64,000 nucleotides of DNA from Amoebophrya sp. A120. Taxonomy: Eukaryota; Protista; Dinoflagellata. The notes beneath the pieces are model-generated. The model was not told the origin of the DNA, made no database searches, and was given only the letters and a program-made list of their open reading frames with translations. Shown here one piece after another: positions 35,327 through 48,586 of the stretch. The stretch is taken from positions 12,635,136-12,699,135 of the forward strand of contig CAJINV010000001.1 of the NCBI GenBank assembly GCA_905178155.1, in the 5' to 3' direction. Position 1 is the first letter of the stretch, and every line of letters starts with the position of its first letter. A program made the position numbers and the translations under genes.

Positions 35327-37422
35327 ATGGCGATGATGAAACAGAGCTGCGGGCCAGCGGCAACGCTATCAAATGTAAAAATGTCTGGGTCTGGAAAATT
35401 GCAACTTGTAATGCTAATTCTGGATCGTGCCAAAATCTGTCCTGCATGAATGCCAAAAGCTGTCCACTTTTGACCAAGTTGAGAGGAAGTTTCTCATGCA
35501 GAATAGGCATGATAGGGATCTCACAGAATCTGTCATGTTAGGCCCTGCATTACAGAGATCATGGGTCATGAGAAATATGCATGACAAATCTTGCATTCTT
35601 CCAGACCCAGACATTTTTGCACTTGATAAACGCTGATGCTGAACGATGCTCTGAACAAAATTGTGTACCGGGACGGAATATCAAATGTAAAAATGTCTGG
35701 GTCTGGAAACTTGTGATGCTGTGTGGCGTATGGTATCATGAGGAGGCGGCAATTGCTGGCTCAGCATGACAAGTTTCTGAGCTTCTAGGTGTTGCCTATT
35801 CTGCATGACAAACTACGTTTCTGCATGACAGAAAAGTGGGGCTCTTTGGTAATGTGCATGACAGATTTAAGAGTCATGCCAGACAAGCATGACAAACCTG
35901 GCAATCTTCCAGACCCAGACATTTTTACATTTGATACGGAAGCAAGGGCTTGAAGCTGGAGAAGGAAAAAGGATTGGTCCCCATGGGTGCGGAGTCGCCG
36001 TTCGGCAACTTTCCACCAGGGTGAGATAATTGATGAAAAATACCATTTCTGACACTTTCAGGCAGCCTCGTTGCTGCGAAAGAGGAATCTTTATACATGC
36101 ATCGCTGCAAAAGAATCTCTGTGAAAATCCATGGGAGGACATCAAGCGAAAAAAAAATCCAAACAGGTACGGCTCAACGAAGCACAAGGTCAGGGCTGTG
36201 GGCGAGAAGGCACAGAAGTTTATCGCCACTACCGACGGAAACAAGCCGCCGCCGCGTGCAGGCGCGACCGACCGACGCCCGGTTGCCGCGACTGAGTTCC
36301 GCCGATTCTACGACCGAGGTGACTTGCCAATCCAGATCTTCCACGGTGCGGCCGGCGGCAAAATCGCCTGGAAGGTATACCTTGCGTTTTTTGTTGTAGC
36401 TGTTTTTATTGATGCAAGCGATGGGGTGCGGACGTAGAGTATAGGATTCCAATTTTTTTAACCCGAGATAGAAGCAAGTAGACATTTCAAGCGTAAACTA
36501 TCAGGTCGAAATCGAGAAATTGGACTACCACCACTACCTCCCGATCTTCTTTGACGGCCTCCGTGAGCGGGAAGATCCCTACCGATTTCTGGCGGTACAA
36601 GGCGTCTACGACATGCTCGAGAAGGGCGGATCGAAGATCCTGCCGGTGGTGCCGCAATTGATTATCCCAATCAAGACCGCACTAAACACGCGTGTTCCGG
36701 AACTCGTGTGCACCACAATCAAAGTCTTGATCCAGCTGGTTTTGTCTGCCGACATGATTGGAGAGGCGTTAGTGCCGTAAGATTTTCGCTTGTTTTCGCT
36801 TTTTGGCTGCTGTAGTTTATTCCCCGTGCTGGTTCATGAAAAAGAAAAAGAAAACTGAGACTAACATGGTGCCACCGCAGCTGTTTTGATGCTGACGCCG
36901 CGAATAAGTACGTGAACCGTTCTTCGGCACTTCCGAAAAACAGGTACTACCGTCAGATTTTGCCGATCTTCAACATCTTCAAGATGTCCACGAAGAACCA
37001 GGGGGACCTGATGGACTACAGCCAGCGCAAGCGGCTCAACCTCGGCGAGCTGGTGAACGAGGCGTTGGAGGTATTTGAAACCCACGGTGGCGAGGTATCA
37101 AATGCAAATATGTCTGGGTCTGGAAGAATGCAGGAGTTTGCGATGCAGATTTTGCATGACCCATGAGGTCTATGATGCATGCCCTTGCATCAGAGATTTT
37201 GCAACGGTTTTCTGATGCTTATACCGCATGAGAAATGCCCTCTCCGCGTAGCACAAACTGCGCCTCTTTTGCTGTTATGCAGCACAGATTTTATGTAGAT
37301 TCCCAAAGTAGCATGACAAGTTGCATTCTTCCAGACCCAGACACTTTTGCAGTTGATACGAGGACGCTTTTATCAACATCAAGTACATGATCCCCACCTA
37401 CGAATCTTGCGTGTTGTCGTAA
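35327..37422 (+). CDS. PACRG: PACRG, copy 2 (tandem paralog)
   Basis: [20 protein letters not shown]..; same PACRG motifs as copy 1; GT-AG introns 36021-36166, 36375-36504 and 36777-36943, plus introners E14, E15 and E16. Confidence 0.95.
35367..35628. mobile_element. Introner E14, family A (same subtype as E18)
   Basis: TIRs; TSD AACGC; removal gives [12 protein letters not shown], matching paralog 1. Confidence 0.96.
35679..35936. mobile_element. Introner E15, family A (near-identical to E2)
   Basis: TIRs; TSD CGGAA; removal gives YRDG-S-KGL, matching paralog 1 YRDGSRGL. Confidence 0.96.
37096..37358. mobile_element. Introner E16, family A; readable as GT-AG intron 37095-37362
   Basis: TIRs; TSD CGAGG; removal gives [12 protein letters not shown]. 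Confidence 0.96.
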
Positions 37423-38396
37423 GTGTATTCTGGTGGTTCTTGGCATTGAATGAATAAAGTTTGAAAAGATAAGTGACTCAGCTATAATCGGATGCATGTT
37501 TGTAGCTATGCAGCCGGAGTTTACTGAAATTCTAGTGGCACTCGTACGTACTCCTGTAAATACGGTTTCACTATATGAGAATCAGACAAGTAGTATACTA
37601 AGAAAGATGACACCAGAACAGAAATGACCAACTGTAAATCTTCTTCACAAGATGCTTATCTTGTAACGGACACACTATGCAAAGTCAGACACTATGTACC
37701 CTTAAGAATAATAGTTCGAACGTATGCAATGTGATGGTTCTCTACTATGCTTGTTTCAAATAATCCTAACCTATGTTTCAAATAATCCGAATCACCAGTT
37801 TACTTTTGTATCAAAAAACTTTACTTGTTCTGTATCATGAAAAGTTAGTATGCGAGCAAAGTAGGAGTCGACGGCAGACGGATAACATTTGTGGGGACGG
37901 GGGTAGAAAATTCGAATGTTGGGCCGACGGCTGCTCTTTCGGAACAGATAAAGAATGATTTCAATTTACAGTAGCTCTTGAATCTTGGACTTAATCGATC
38001 TGAAAAAATCTCTTTCCTATACTGTTTGACTTGCTTGGACCAACCGGTATCTGTGGAAAGAGTTCGTCTGTCTTTTGTTGTTTCTCTCGGTAGGTTTTTG
38101 GAAGAACCGAGCGCAAAATTGAGGAAACAAAGTGAAGGGGAAAAAGTACGATCTGTATCTGCCCTTTCCTTGCAAAATTTGAAACGAGCTGTAAAAAAAG
38201 CAAGGGGTGTCTTCTAGGAGAGAACGAGAGGGGGCCAGACATGTGCGATGAAGTAGAGCGCTTCTAGCTACGACAGCGCGAGCCCGCTAGCCAAAATGTT
38301 GCAGGCGACACAGATGAAACAAATAGGAAATAAATCTCCCCGCCCGAAGATGAAGGGAAACAAGCGAAGATGAAGTAGAAGCTCTGATAGGGCAGA

Positions 38397-40074
38397 ATGC
38401 AAAAGATGGTAGCGGCGGTTGAAAAAGGTAAAGCCAGTGTCGGGATGGTGCAACCGCCACCGCCTGCCACGAAGCGCAGCAAGAGTTCGTCCAGGAAACC
38501 GTCTCCCGTTGGCCTCGACGCAGCAGACAAAAAAGCTGTACAACCACGACCTACAACCACTACAAATACCAATCCTCCGATGTTCATGTTTCCGCCACTG
38601 CAAATCCCGTCGGGCCTCACCTGTCCCATTTCCGGTTTGTTAATGATCGACCCGGTGATGGTGCGACCGACAGGGCACGTATACGAGTACGAGAACATAA
38701 AGCAGTACGTGCTCGCGAACCAGAAAGACTTCATCTCCGGCGAGCCCTTGTACTTGGACGACGAGGGGGAGCTGGAGTGCAAAAAGATTCCCTGGATCAA
38801 AGAAACCATTTCCAGCTGGAAGAGAAGGCCCAGCTACCGCGTCGAGGATAGGCCGAACCAGAAAAATCTGAAAGTCATGCAAGTCATGAGGTACTTGTAA
38901 TCGTAATGTACTTCTACAGTACAAGGAAGTTGCACCTCTTCTTAGTCTCGCAAAGTCTGACTGTACAAGTTGCAAGAGAGTGCATAAGTGAAAGTGTATG
39001 CACGTCCAGAAAACTGACCTCTGTTTCATCTGATCACAACGATGTAAAGATTCACTTTCAATTTCCGCGACGTCAAAACCATTCAGGTGTCTCGAGTACC
39101 ATTTGATCCAACTGAACAAGCTGCAACTGAAGGAAGAGCTGTCTAAGCATCCCGTCACCAGCTCCTCCGCTTCCACTTCTGCCAAGGTCGGTCTGGGCGA
39201 CGAATTTCTGAAGAAGCTGGAGGGCTTTCTGGAGAAGATGGAGTCCCAGCAGCAGGCGCGCATCCAGAGTACGAACGAAGTCGTGTCGCGAAACCGCAAG
39301 AAGCTTGCGGCCGCGCAAGCGCAGGCGCAGCAAGGAGGGACAGGGCCAGCGTCCTCTCGGGGAGGTCCCATGCAGTTCGACACGATTTCCACGACAGGAG
39401 CCGGGAAAAGTCGACTCGATCCCCTAAACGCCACCAGCGATCAGATCGTGTTACCGGACGTCGACCCGGCGCTCGCGTTTATGCAGGACGCCTTAAGCCA
39501 AGCTGGCGACGATGTGAAGAGCCAGTACAACGACCGCGGAAGTCCGAGAACAACTGCAACGGGGACGATGACCACCATGGGTCCGCCGCGGAAGATTCAG
39601 AAGACTGCCTCCTATGCGAAAAAGCGTGCTGCAGCCGCTGGAGCAGGAGCAATACTCCCGGTGGAAAGTAGTACCAAAACGAAAAGCCATATTAATACCG
39701 TTCCAGGTGGCCCAGGTTCTACCATCGCCGCCTCGCGGTCGTCGAGTAAGAAGCTCAGAGAGACAACGACAGGAGGAGCGCAAAGTACAATATCGGGAAC
39801 AATCATGACTCCACGAGAACACCACGAGCTGCAGCAAGCAATTCCATTGCAGCCACCGCGTCTGGCCTCTCCCCAACAACAAGTATTTTCGACGCAACAG
39901 GGAGCGCAACCACCGGGTCTGCTTTCCGCGGTGGCACCGCCACAGCCAACCCCACAGCAGTTTCAATTCTGGTTGCAGGGAAACAACAGGGCGCCTCCGC
40001 GGAACCAGGAGGAGTACGATGAAATGTACAACGAGTGCGCACAGGACCTGCAGCAGAGCATCTTGCGAAATTTT

Positions 40075-40105
<31 letters not shown>

Positions 40106-42566
40106 TGGAGCAAGCCCTGCGCTACCAGCAATTTCAGCTGCAGCAGCAACAATTTCAGCTGCAGCAGCAAATGCAGATGTCCGCAAGAGGACCGCGACCG
40201 TCTGCCGAACATCGGGTTGCCCCTGCGTCGAGTAGCAGCGCAGAGGAGGACCGTGCAGCGGCGAGCAGGATGGTTTCGAAGAAACCAGCGCCGCGTCCGA
40301 AAGGAAAGGCTGCGACTGCAGTACCAAAGCCCCCGGTAGCGTTGACGGCACGACAGAGAAGCGCGGCTTTGAAGGCTGGGACACTAGTAGAGGAGCCAGT
40401 GCAAAAATATCAGCAGCAGCCTGCTCCACCGAAGATGTTATATCAGCCGGTCGCGCAAGTTGAAGTTGACATGCCGCGGAGCAGCACTGCACCTACTTTC
40501 CCCGCGCCACCACTACCGCCAAACCGACCTGCTATAGTTCCCGCTTTGCAGCTGGGAGAACAACAAGCGAGTAGCGCTGCTGGCGCGTCCCCGCCCGCGG
40601 GTCACACAGTCCAGTCGGAGTCGCCTCTGGATCAACCGCAGCCGCAACGAACACTGCAAGTAGAGGACGCAAACCCGCCGCAGGCGAGTCCGCTGGTGGT
40701 AGCTGCAAAGCCTGTGGCCGTGGCGTCAAAACCGAAGCCAAAGCAGCAACCTGTCAAGTTGACGCGCCGACAAGCGGCGATGCTGAACCTGGACACAACT
40801 GCTAGTACTAGTGCAGGACAAGAGCAGCTCGAAGCGCCCCCCACCTCAGCGCGCTTCATGCCCCCACCGTCTCGACCACCGCCCGCGAGGGCAGGACCAC
40901 TGTCTACTGGTGGAGCGGCGAAACAAGCTGAACTTTCGCAGAACAAGCCAACCCCCGTCCTCGCGAAGGCCGTTGCAGCGGCTGCTGAGAAACTACAGAA
41001 TCCACCAGTCGCGACACTGCAGCTGGAGGGCGGTGCCATGTTTCAAAAGCCGAGTGTAGGGTATGCCTACAAAATGAGCCCGATTCTGGAAGGGGAGGAC
41101 GAAAGAAGCATGAGTTCGGAGGTGAGAGCCCAGAGCAAGGAGTCGGCCGTCGCGCCCGTCGCGCCGTCGGACGGAAGTGCGACTGGTCGGGGAAGTGCAC
41201 CAGATAGGACCGTGTCTGCTGCTGCGCCGTCAGATCGGAAGATGAAAATGCAACCGAAGCAGCGACCTTTACAACTCAACGCCCGCGCTGCCCGTCCGCA
41301 GCGAGCTGCAGCGAAGGTTGCAACAGAACTGTCGACCCGAATTCTGCTGACCGAAGAGTCCTCAAGACGTGTAACAACCACGGAGGACGAGAAAACCGGA
41401 CAGTTGTCCTCGCCATCGGGCGGTGCGGCGAAAAATCCGCAAGTGTCAGCAGCAGTTTTGCCGCAGAACCGCTTTCCATTCCAACCGAACACCCGTGGAG
41501 GTGAAATGAATGTCGTATTACCGCCCGGTGCTGCCCCACCGGAAACGTCGTCGATCATGCCACCAAGTTTCCTCGTTCCGGGTGGACATCTTCAACCTGG
41601 TTCATCTTCTTCTAGTAGCAGCGCCAGGCCGCCAGGGGCAGCTCCACCTCCACCGCCGACGTCGAAAAGGAACCAGAGCCCGAGTCCCGAGAAAAAGAAG
41701 CGCCGCAAGGAGTCCGAGATGCTGCTCTCCGAGCTCGACGAAGTGTTAAAGGACGACGGTTTGCACGAACTCCTCCAACGCGGCGAGGTCGCCCCCATCG
41801 AGGAGGAGAAGGGCACAGCGGCGGAACAAGATGCGAAAAAGTCCTCCACGGACGAAAGTTCAAACCCGGAAGGTGGCAACGACAAAAAGCGGGGCACGAC
41901 GAGCCACCGTCGGGAGGAAAAGTCCAACATTGCCGAAAAGGATTTCAACGCCAAACTGTGCGTGCCGCTGACGATAAAAATACCAAATTTGATTTTCAAG
42001 GTCCAGGGAATCGTCCGCTACCCGAAGCTCAACGGCGTCTACCACTTTGACGAAAGTATATCCAATCTCTTGTTCTGTAAGTAGGTCGTCGACCACGTGA
42101 TCGTGCATACTCGGACGTTGTTGTACTCGAACCGTTTCCAGTTTTGTTTCATTCCGCCACCTCCTCCTCTCGACTAAAAAAAAAATACTTGATGGATAAA
42201 AATTCGGATTTCTCAAATCGTTGCAAAACAGGTCGTAAGACGGAGGTCTCTCCGTTTTTCCGTAACAACAACAGTAGCGGCGTGTTTTTTCTGATGTGCA
42301 TCGGGCAGAATTGGGCGGCGACGTTTAGCGAGACGAAGTACCTGGACTTGAGGAGTCCCGAAAAATGCGCCAGGAACGATTTCCACCCGCTGGTCGCGAA
42401 CCCCCGGGGCGGATCTTTTATCGAAGGCAACCACGATGACCATCCGGGGGGCGACGCTGCCGCCTGGGCTGATCAGTACGCCAACGAAAACATTCGGGTC
42501 GAATACTGCGACAAAACCGTACACCCTTGGGAGTTCCGTCCCATACTCTGGGCACCGCACCTCTAG
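38397..42566 (+). CDS. U-box domain protein (putative E3 ligase) with long Q/P-rich low-complexity region
   Basis: PSGLTCPISGLLMIDPVMVRPTGHVYEYENIKQYV..DFISGEPL; in-phase introns 38891-39086 and 42077-42231. Confidence 0.8.
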
Positions 42567-43589
42567 CGAGCTGCCTTGGGTCCGATAATTGACTACAATA
42601 CCGAGAAGGCGTCAACAGATGAAAGAATGGTGTGTAAGAAAGAATACAGTATAGCTGGTCATTAGCGTTTATTACGTTCTTGACCAGGTCGTGTAGCGAG
42701 AAACAGAAATAAGAGAATGAGAACAAAACTGACAGACTAAAGGACCGGTGGAGATTTTTATTCGAAGAAAACACAGGTTTGGAATCTTCAAGTCGAAGGT
42801 TTATTAGACTCAGTCGCGGAAGAAGAGACTAGCTTAAGAAGCAGGTAGTTGTGTCGTGAACGTTTCAGAACTCATCCATACATGTTTCAACTCGTGAATA
42901 ATCGTGGTCCAGATACGACAAGCGCGTATTTTTTTTTGTGAAAAACAGTTTCGGTTTTTCTACATCGAGCAGGTCTACAGCATAGAAGTCCATGTTGGCT
43001 GTAAGCTAGCATGGTCGGCGCACCCTGCATCGAGTTTGAGATTGATTGGGCGCTGCGGGGATGCTTCTTCACTCATAGATGCGTGGTCGTGTTCAAGTAC
43101 TTCTCGCTGTTTACGCAGTCCGGTATGCGGCGGATGCTGTGTGAGATGAAAGAGTTGAGTTGATGCGACGGCAACTCTGTCGCAGCACACGAGAGGCCAC
43201 AGCTCTCAAGCAGGTTTCAGTACCGTTTTTTGTGATGAAATGGTACTACTTAGAGGTGCGGCTGCAATTTTGACTCGAAAATAAGAGATGCACCAAATAA
43301 ACCATACGTGCTTGTTAGGCAACGGAAATGAGAAAATGAGCAGCAAAACGCCTGTACTAGTCGGAAATGAAAATAGCCGTCTACATAAATACACCTCGCT
43401 GGTACTAGTGGGGGCATGGGTGCGCCAGGTAAAGATGTCTGCCCTTGCGGGGCGGCAGCACCGATTGACGCGCCTTGGTCCGTGAAGGCGATTATTAGAA
43501 CCAAACACAAAGAACAGTGCTGCGCCCCAGTCGTGCCGGGGTTCTTTATCCGTCTGCTGTAAAGAAAGGGTTGCAGCCGTCGCGGTAGT

Positions 43590-46500
43590 ATGGTGCAGTG
43601 GAGTTGGCATGAGCTGCTGTCGGCGGGCGGGCAGGCGCTGGGCGGGATGTTTCTTGCGGAGGACGCGTCAGCCAAGAAGCCCGACAAGTACGACATCCGG
43701 TCCGTGGAGGCCGGGACGCTGCTCATTGGCGCGGGGATAGCTTTCACGACTATCTTTTACCTTTCACACAACAAAGATCACGACCTCCGCCGCCACTTCT
43801 GGAGGATCTCCAGCACCACAGTATTTTATCACTTTACAGTGGTCCTCGTAAGTTGAAGCTCTTGTGATGCTAGTTGTAACTGTAAGCACCGCCTGCACCT
43901 TCTAGCATTGTGATGAGGCTGGGAAAGTCGGCGTGAAGATGAGCACAATAAAAGCTTCGACAATTTAATTTTATACAATTGCAGGTTGTGATTTTCCTCG
44001 CGCTGCAGATTTTCCACTTAGTGAACGACCCGATTATCGAAATTTTGGTCAGCCCCCCGAAGGGGAAACCGCCCAAGCGAACCTACAAAACCCCAGCACC
44101 CCGCCCGGTGTTGCCGGACCAGGGTCTCACCGCACGGGATTTGTACGGCCGCAATGTTGGCGACGTTGGCAGCAACGAGCCCCGGGATAATGTCCCTCCG
44201 ATGCCGGAGGAGCCCCTGCCCGACCGCGCGGCTGCAGGAGGCTCGACTCTGCCCGACGCGAACGCAGCCACTCTGCCGACAGGTGGTAACACTTACGGCG
44301 CAGCAGAGCAGCAGCCTGGAGGTGGTACCTCCGCAACGGGCCAAGGTGGCACGCTAGATGGTGAACAAGGTGGCATTGTCGATGTAAGAAATCTTGAAGG
44401 CCGGGAGATGTTGTGGAAATCTCGCCGTGGCGATCCACAGTTTCTGCCGGAGGCCGAGAAGGCGAATCAGAAGTCCACGGAAGAGGTAGCCGCAAAGCAA
44501 GGAGCTGAGGAGGACAAAAAGGAAGGTCCAGCTCCTGCCGTCCTGGAACAGCATAAAACCCCACTTGCTGGCGCGAGCAGTGCTGCTAGTAGTCCGCAGG
44601 CAGCAGTCGCAAATACCGCGCCGTCGTCTGCTCCGCAATTGAGTCAGCCGCAGGTGGCAAGTAGTAGTGAGCAAGATCCTGCTGCAGGAACTCCTCCCGT
44701 AGCGCCAAAAACTGAAGAGGACGCCACGCCAACTCCTCAGGAGCAAGCCATAAACGAAGCGGCACCGACAAAAAGTTTGGAAATGAGTATTGGTGAAGGT
44801 GTGGCTCCTGGCACGAGTAAAAAGGACACAGAAGCGACGATGGTGCAGCGTAGCCGACCCGGTAATCCCGCACAGCTAGGGGCGCGAATAGCTCTCTCCG
44901 ATAGCATAAGCCCGGTGGTAAAAGGAGCAGATCCTGTAAACAGCACGAAAGAAAAATTGGACGCGGCCACGAAAAGCGCGCCGCTGGTTCCAGCTCCATC
45001 GGGCACACCGCAAGCGCTTCTAGCTACTGCACCCGCGGCGCAACAGCAGCAGCTCCCTAATGCGATACCTGCCGCGGGTGAAAAACAAAAAGCAAACATC
45101 AAGAAGGACCTGCTAACGCCCGCTTCGCTGCAGACCACAGTGGCGGTAGCGCAAGCACTGCTGGAAAAAGAGAAGATGATAGAGAGTATCAACTCCCAGC
45201 TGGGGATAGAAAAAGGCACCACACAAACGACGCCGGTAAAAAGTGCATCGACATCATCTTCGGTTGAGTCGCAGAAGAACAGTTTACCAGGATCACCTCC
45301 CGCGATCCACAATCAGGGACCGGCAGCTACTTCTGAAACAGCATCAACAATCTCTTCCGCTGAGGACGCGGTTGCGAAATCGGTTTTGCTCGATTACCTT
45401 GAAAAGATAATGGACCAACAGCAAGACACTGCCAAACAGTCTCCCGCCCCGCCACTTTTCGCAAGTGGTACAAATAAAGTCCCTGCGTCAATCAGCGTGA
45501 CGCAGCACAGGGCGTCGAACAACAACGCACTATCCTTTTTGCAACTTGAAAGCGGGAAAGGCAGTAGCAGTTTGGAAGCAGAGCAAGAGCTGGAAGCTGC
45601 TGCACGTTTGGAGTCCGAGCGTAGCAACGCTGCGTTCAAATTCCAGTATCATCCAAGGGTTGCATCGACAAGAAAAGCATCACTTAGCCGCCCAGGAAAT
45701 GAAGACAGCAAAAATGTCGACAACTACCCACTCCAGCAGGTTACCTCTTCGGCTCTCGACGATGAAGGTTTGTCGAGCATGAGTGGCAGAGGTTCTACTG
45801 CTCCTGCAAAAGAACAAAGTGGAGTACTAGCGGTGACACAACCCGAGGACGAAGTAGACGAGATAGATGACGCGGAGCTAACTTCATCAAGGACTGCGCC
45901 TGCAACTTCATTCCTCGACAAACAGGAAGTAGCGAATCAGTACGAAGAAGATCTGCCGGGGGACGAAGAAGCTGTTGGAACTACACAAGGGCTTGTTTCA
46001 TCCGGCCACGTAGAAACCATCCCCGCGTCGTCCTCGTACTACACTTCGACGCCGCAAAATGAGGAGCTGGATGAGGGGGTGAAGTACGGTAAAGAGGTTA
46101 CGAACTATTACAGGAGCTCTTTCAGTGACAATGAGAGTGAAGATCCGGAAGTAGCAGGGGAGGAGCTCGTACAGGATGCAGCCGTAGAAGGACCTACTGT
46201 GCAGGAAGCCGTTGCTACGGAACAGGTTGTACCTGAAGAGCAAGGAGAAGGGGGCAAAGTAGCTCCGATAGAGCAGGAACACAAGGACGCCCATGAAGAA
46301 GTGACGAAAGCGAAGTCACCTTCATCACACCAACTACAAACCCACAGTGTGGTGTCTTTTTTCCAGAACTGGCTGCCAGGAGTTTTCGAGTGGTCTGACG
46401 GTGAAGTTGTATCTGGTGCGTCACAAGAACAATTCCCAGCGGAGGAGCAACTACATGCTCGGACGTTTGCGGAACTGAAACTGATTCAGATCTTACAGGG

Positions 46501-48586
46501 CGACCCACTTTCAGAAGGCCGGATCACCACCGCCGTGGTGATTCTGCAGTTCATTCTCTACCTCTTGTGGCTGTTCCTGTTGAACTTCTACATTGTGCTG
46601 GTGGAGGGCGGATGGCTGGCGTGGGGCGGCCAGGGGGACCAGTACACGTCGCTGGAGCGAACGCAGCAGAAAACGGTGGTCGTTGCGTGGTCAACGTTGC
46701 TCGGCTACATTGCGCTGTTTTCCATCATCCACGCCTTTTCCTCCCTGCAGACCGTGACGAACCATCTGGGTTTGTCCTTCGCGCTTTGTTTCGTCTGTCC
46801 TGTGGTGCTGGTCACGTTGTGGGAGGCGGCGCGGTACTGCCGCGCCAACATGACGCAGGCGGCGAAAAACGGAATCATCAACACGATCCTGAACCGCGCC
46901 AATCCCACCCCGGTCTTGAACGACACCGCGCTGCAGGGCAGTTCGTTTGAGGAGCAGGTGGAGTGGGAAAACCAGGTCAGCGATTTGCAAGCGGAAAACC
47001 TCGGCGTGGCTACCTCCTTCCTGTTAGTTCAGTCGATCCAATTCGCGGTGGTAGGGAAATTGCCTGACTTCCACGGCTATCTTGTGCAAAAGTATCGTAC
47101 TCGTTGTAATGGCAGGCATGCATTACAAGCCTAACTTTCTACCTTGTTCAGCATGACAAATCGCATTTTTGTTCTTCGGGAAATTTGTGATGCGATTTAC
47201 ACTAGTACCATAATTTTGCAATGCATAACGGGCAGCAAAAACCGCAGGAGGGGAAAGTGTACTTTCAACCGAGTCCGCAGCACATCCCGGTGATGACTGC
47301 CATTGTGATCGGCACCGCGTTGGTTGCGGATTTACTCGTCAGGTTTTTACACCGGAGGTTGAAGGAAGTGCCTCCCTTCAGCTTCCAGGCGCGGCTGTTC
47401 CATCTCGTGATTGTCATCCTGTGCATGAGCTTCGCCTGGGAGCTCTTACTCGTTCTTCGGTGGTTCGTCGCCGAATCGTGCGACAATATTTCCAATAACA
47501 TGATTTTCAAAATCATCGTCGCGACCTTTGTGACCATCTTCGGCATGCTCATGATCGTGATCCTGGACGCGATCGAGGATTGGCTCCGGCCTGTGAGGCA
47601 AATTCTCTTTGTCGAAACGTCCGTCGACCCGCCGGGGCAAACCCAAATCACCCGGCCGGGCCAGGAGACGGCCAGCTCCGTGGACGATAGCATGGCGCCA
47701 CTCGGCAGTCCGCAACTGACAACCCAGAATTTGGAAAAAATGATTCTCTGTGTCGGCATCGTCGTTGGGTTCGCGTGGAATCACGCCTTCGAGGTACAGA
47801 TATGTTGTACTTTTTATTGAGGTTTAGGTTTGATGATGTCCTTATATTCGAGTCACCGGCGGTGTAATATCAAAGAAAGAGACTCCCTCACACTCACTCT
47901 TGAAAATCGTGTGTTTTTTGTAATCCTCTTCTCAATTTTTCCTAGGTCGGCATGGAGGCCATTAACCAGGAGGTGGACGGGCAATTTGGCACTGTGTGGG
48001 GAGCCAAGCACAACATCCACATCATGATGATGATCATCCGTATGAATTGCAAAAATGTCTGGGTCTGGAAGATTGGAACTTGTCATGCTAAAGTCAAATC
48101 ATGCAAAAATCTGTGTTGCATGACTGCCAAAAGCTGTCCTCTTTCGACCAAGCTGGGAGGGAGTTTCTCATGCAGGATAGGCATGACAGAGACCTCATAG
48201 ACTCCGTCATGCTAGGTCCTGCATTCCGAACCTCATGGGGCATGGAAAATATGCATGAGAAGTTTGCATTCTTCCAGACCCAGACATGTTTGCAGTTCAT
48301 AATCCGCGGCCTGCTGATCGCCTTAGTTTTGCCAGCGTGGCGATACCACATCCTGCCGCAGGTGGTCAAACACCGGGACGAATACCTGGCCGGGCGGGTA
48401 CTGGAGGACATCCAGGAGGAATCCGTTGCCGCCCAGCTAATCGGCGACGACGCGGCCGAGCGGTTCGAGCTGTGGAAGCAGCAAAAGCAGGAAAAACCGA
48501 TCTGGAAGTGCATTTGGGCCTGCTACTTCTTCAGCATCGCAGTCTTCATCGGCTTTGTGGGAACGCTGTACTTGAACTCGCCATGA
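43590..48586 (+). CDS. Multi-pass membrane protein with a large hydrophilic insertion; function unknown
   Basis: Many hydrophobic helices at N- and C-terminal ends; introns 43821-43984 and ~47794-47945, plus E17 and E18. Confidence 0.7.
47078..47227. mobile_element. Introner E17, TIR family H (short, degenerate)
   Basis: Imperfect ~35-bp TIRs; TSD ACGGC/ACGGG; removal gives PDFHG-QQKPQE; contains several shared motifs. Confidence 0.8.
48041..48301. mobile_element. Introner E18, family A
   Basis: TIRs (variant TATGAA..TTCATA); TSD ATCCG; removal gives MII-R-GLLIAL. Confidence 0.95.

Noticed and set aside
37752-37788. Short tandem duplication TGTTTCAAATAATCC x2
   Set aside because: Isolated local slippage with no further structure.
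40075-40170. CAG repeats
   Set aside because: Ordinary poly-Gln tract in a low-complexity protein.
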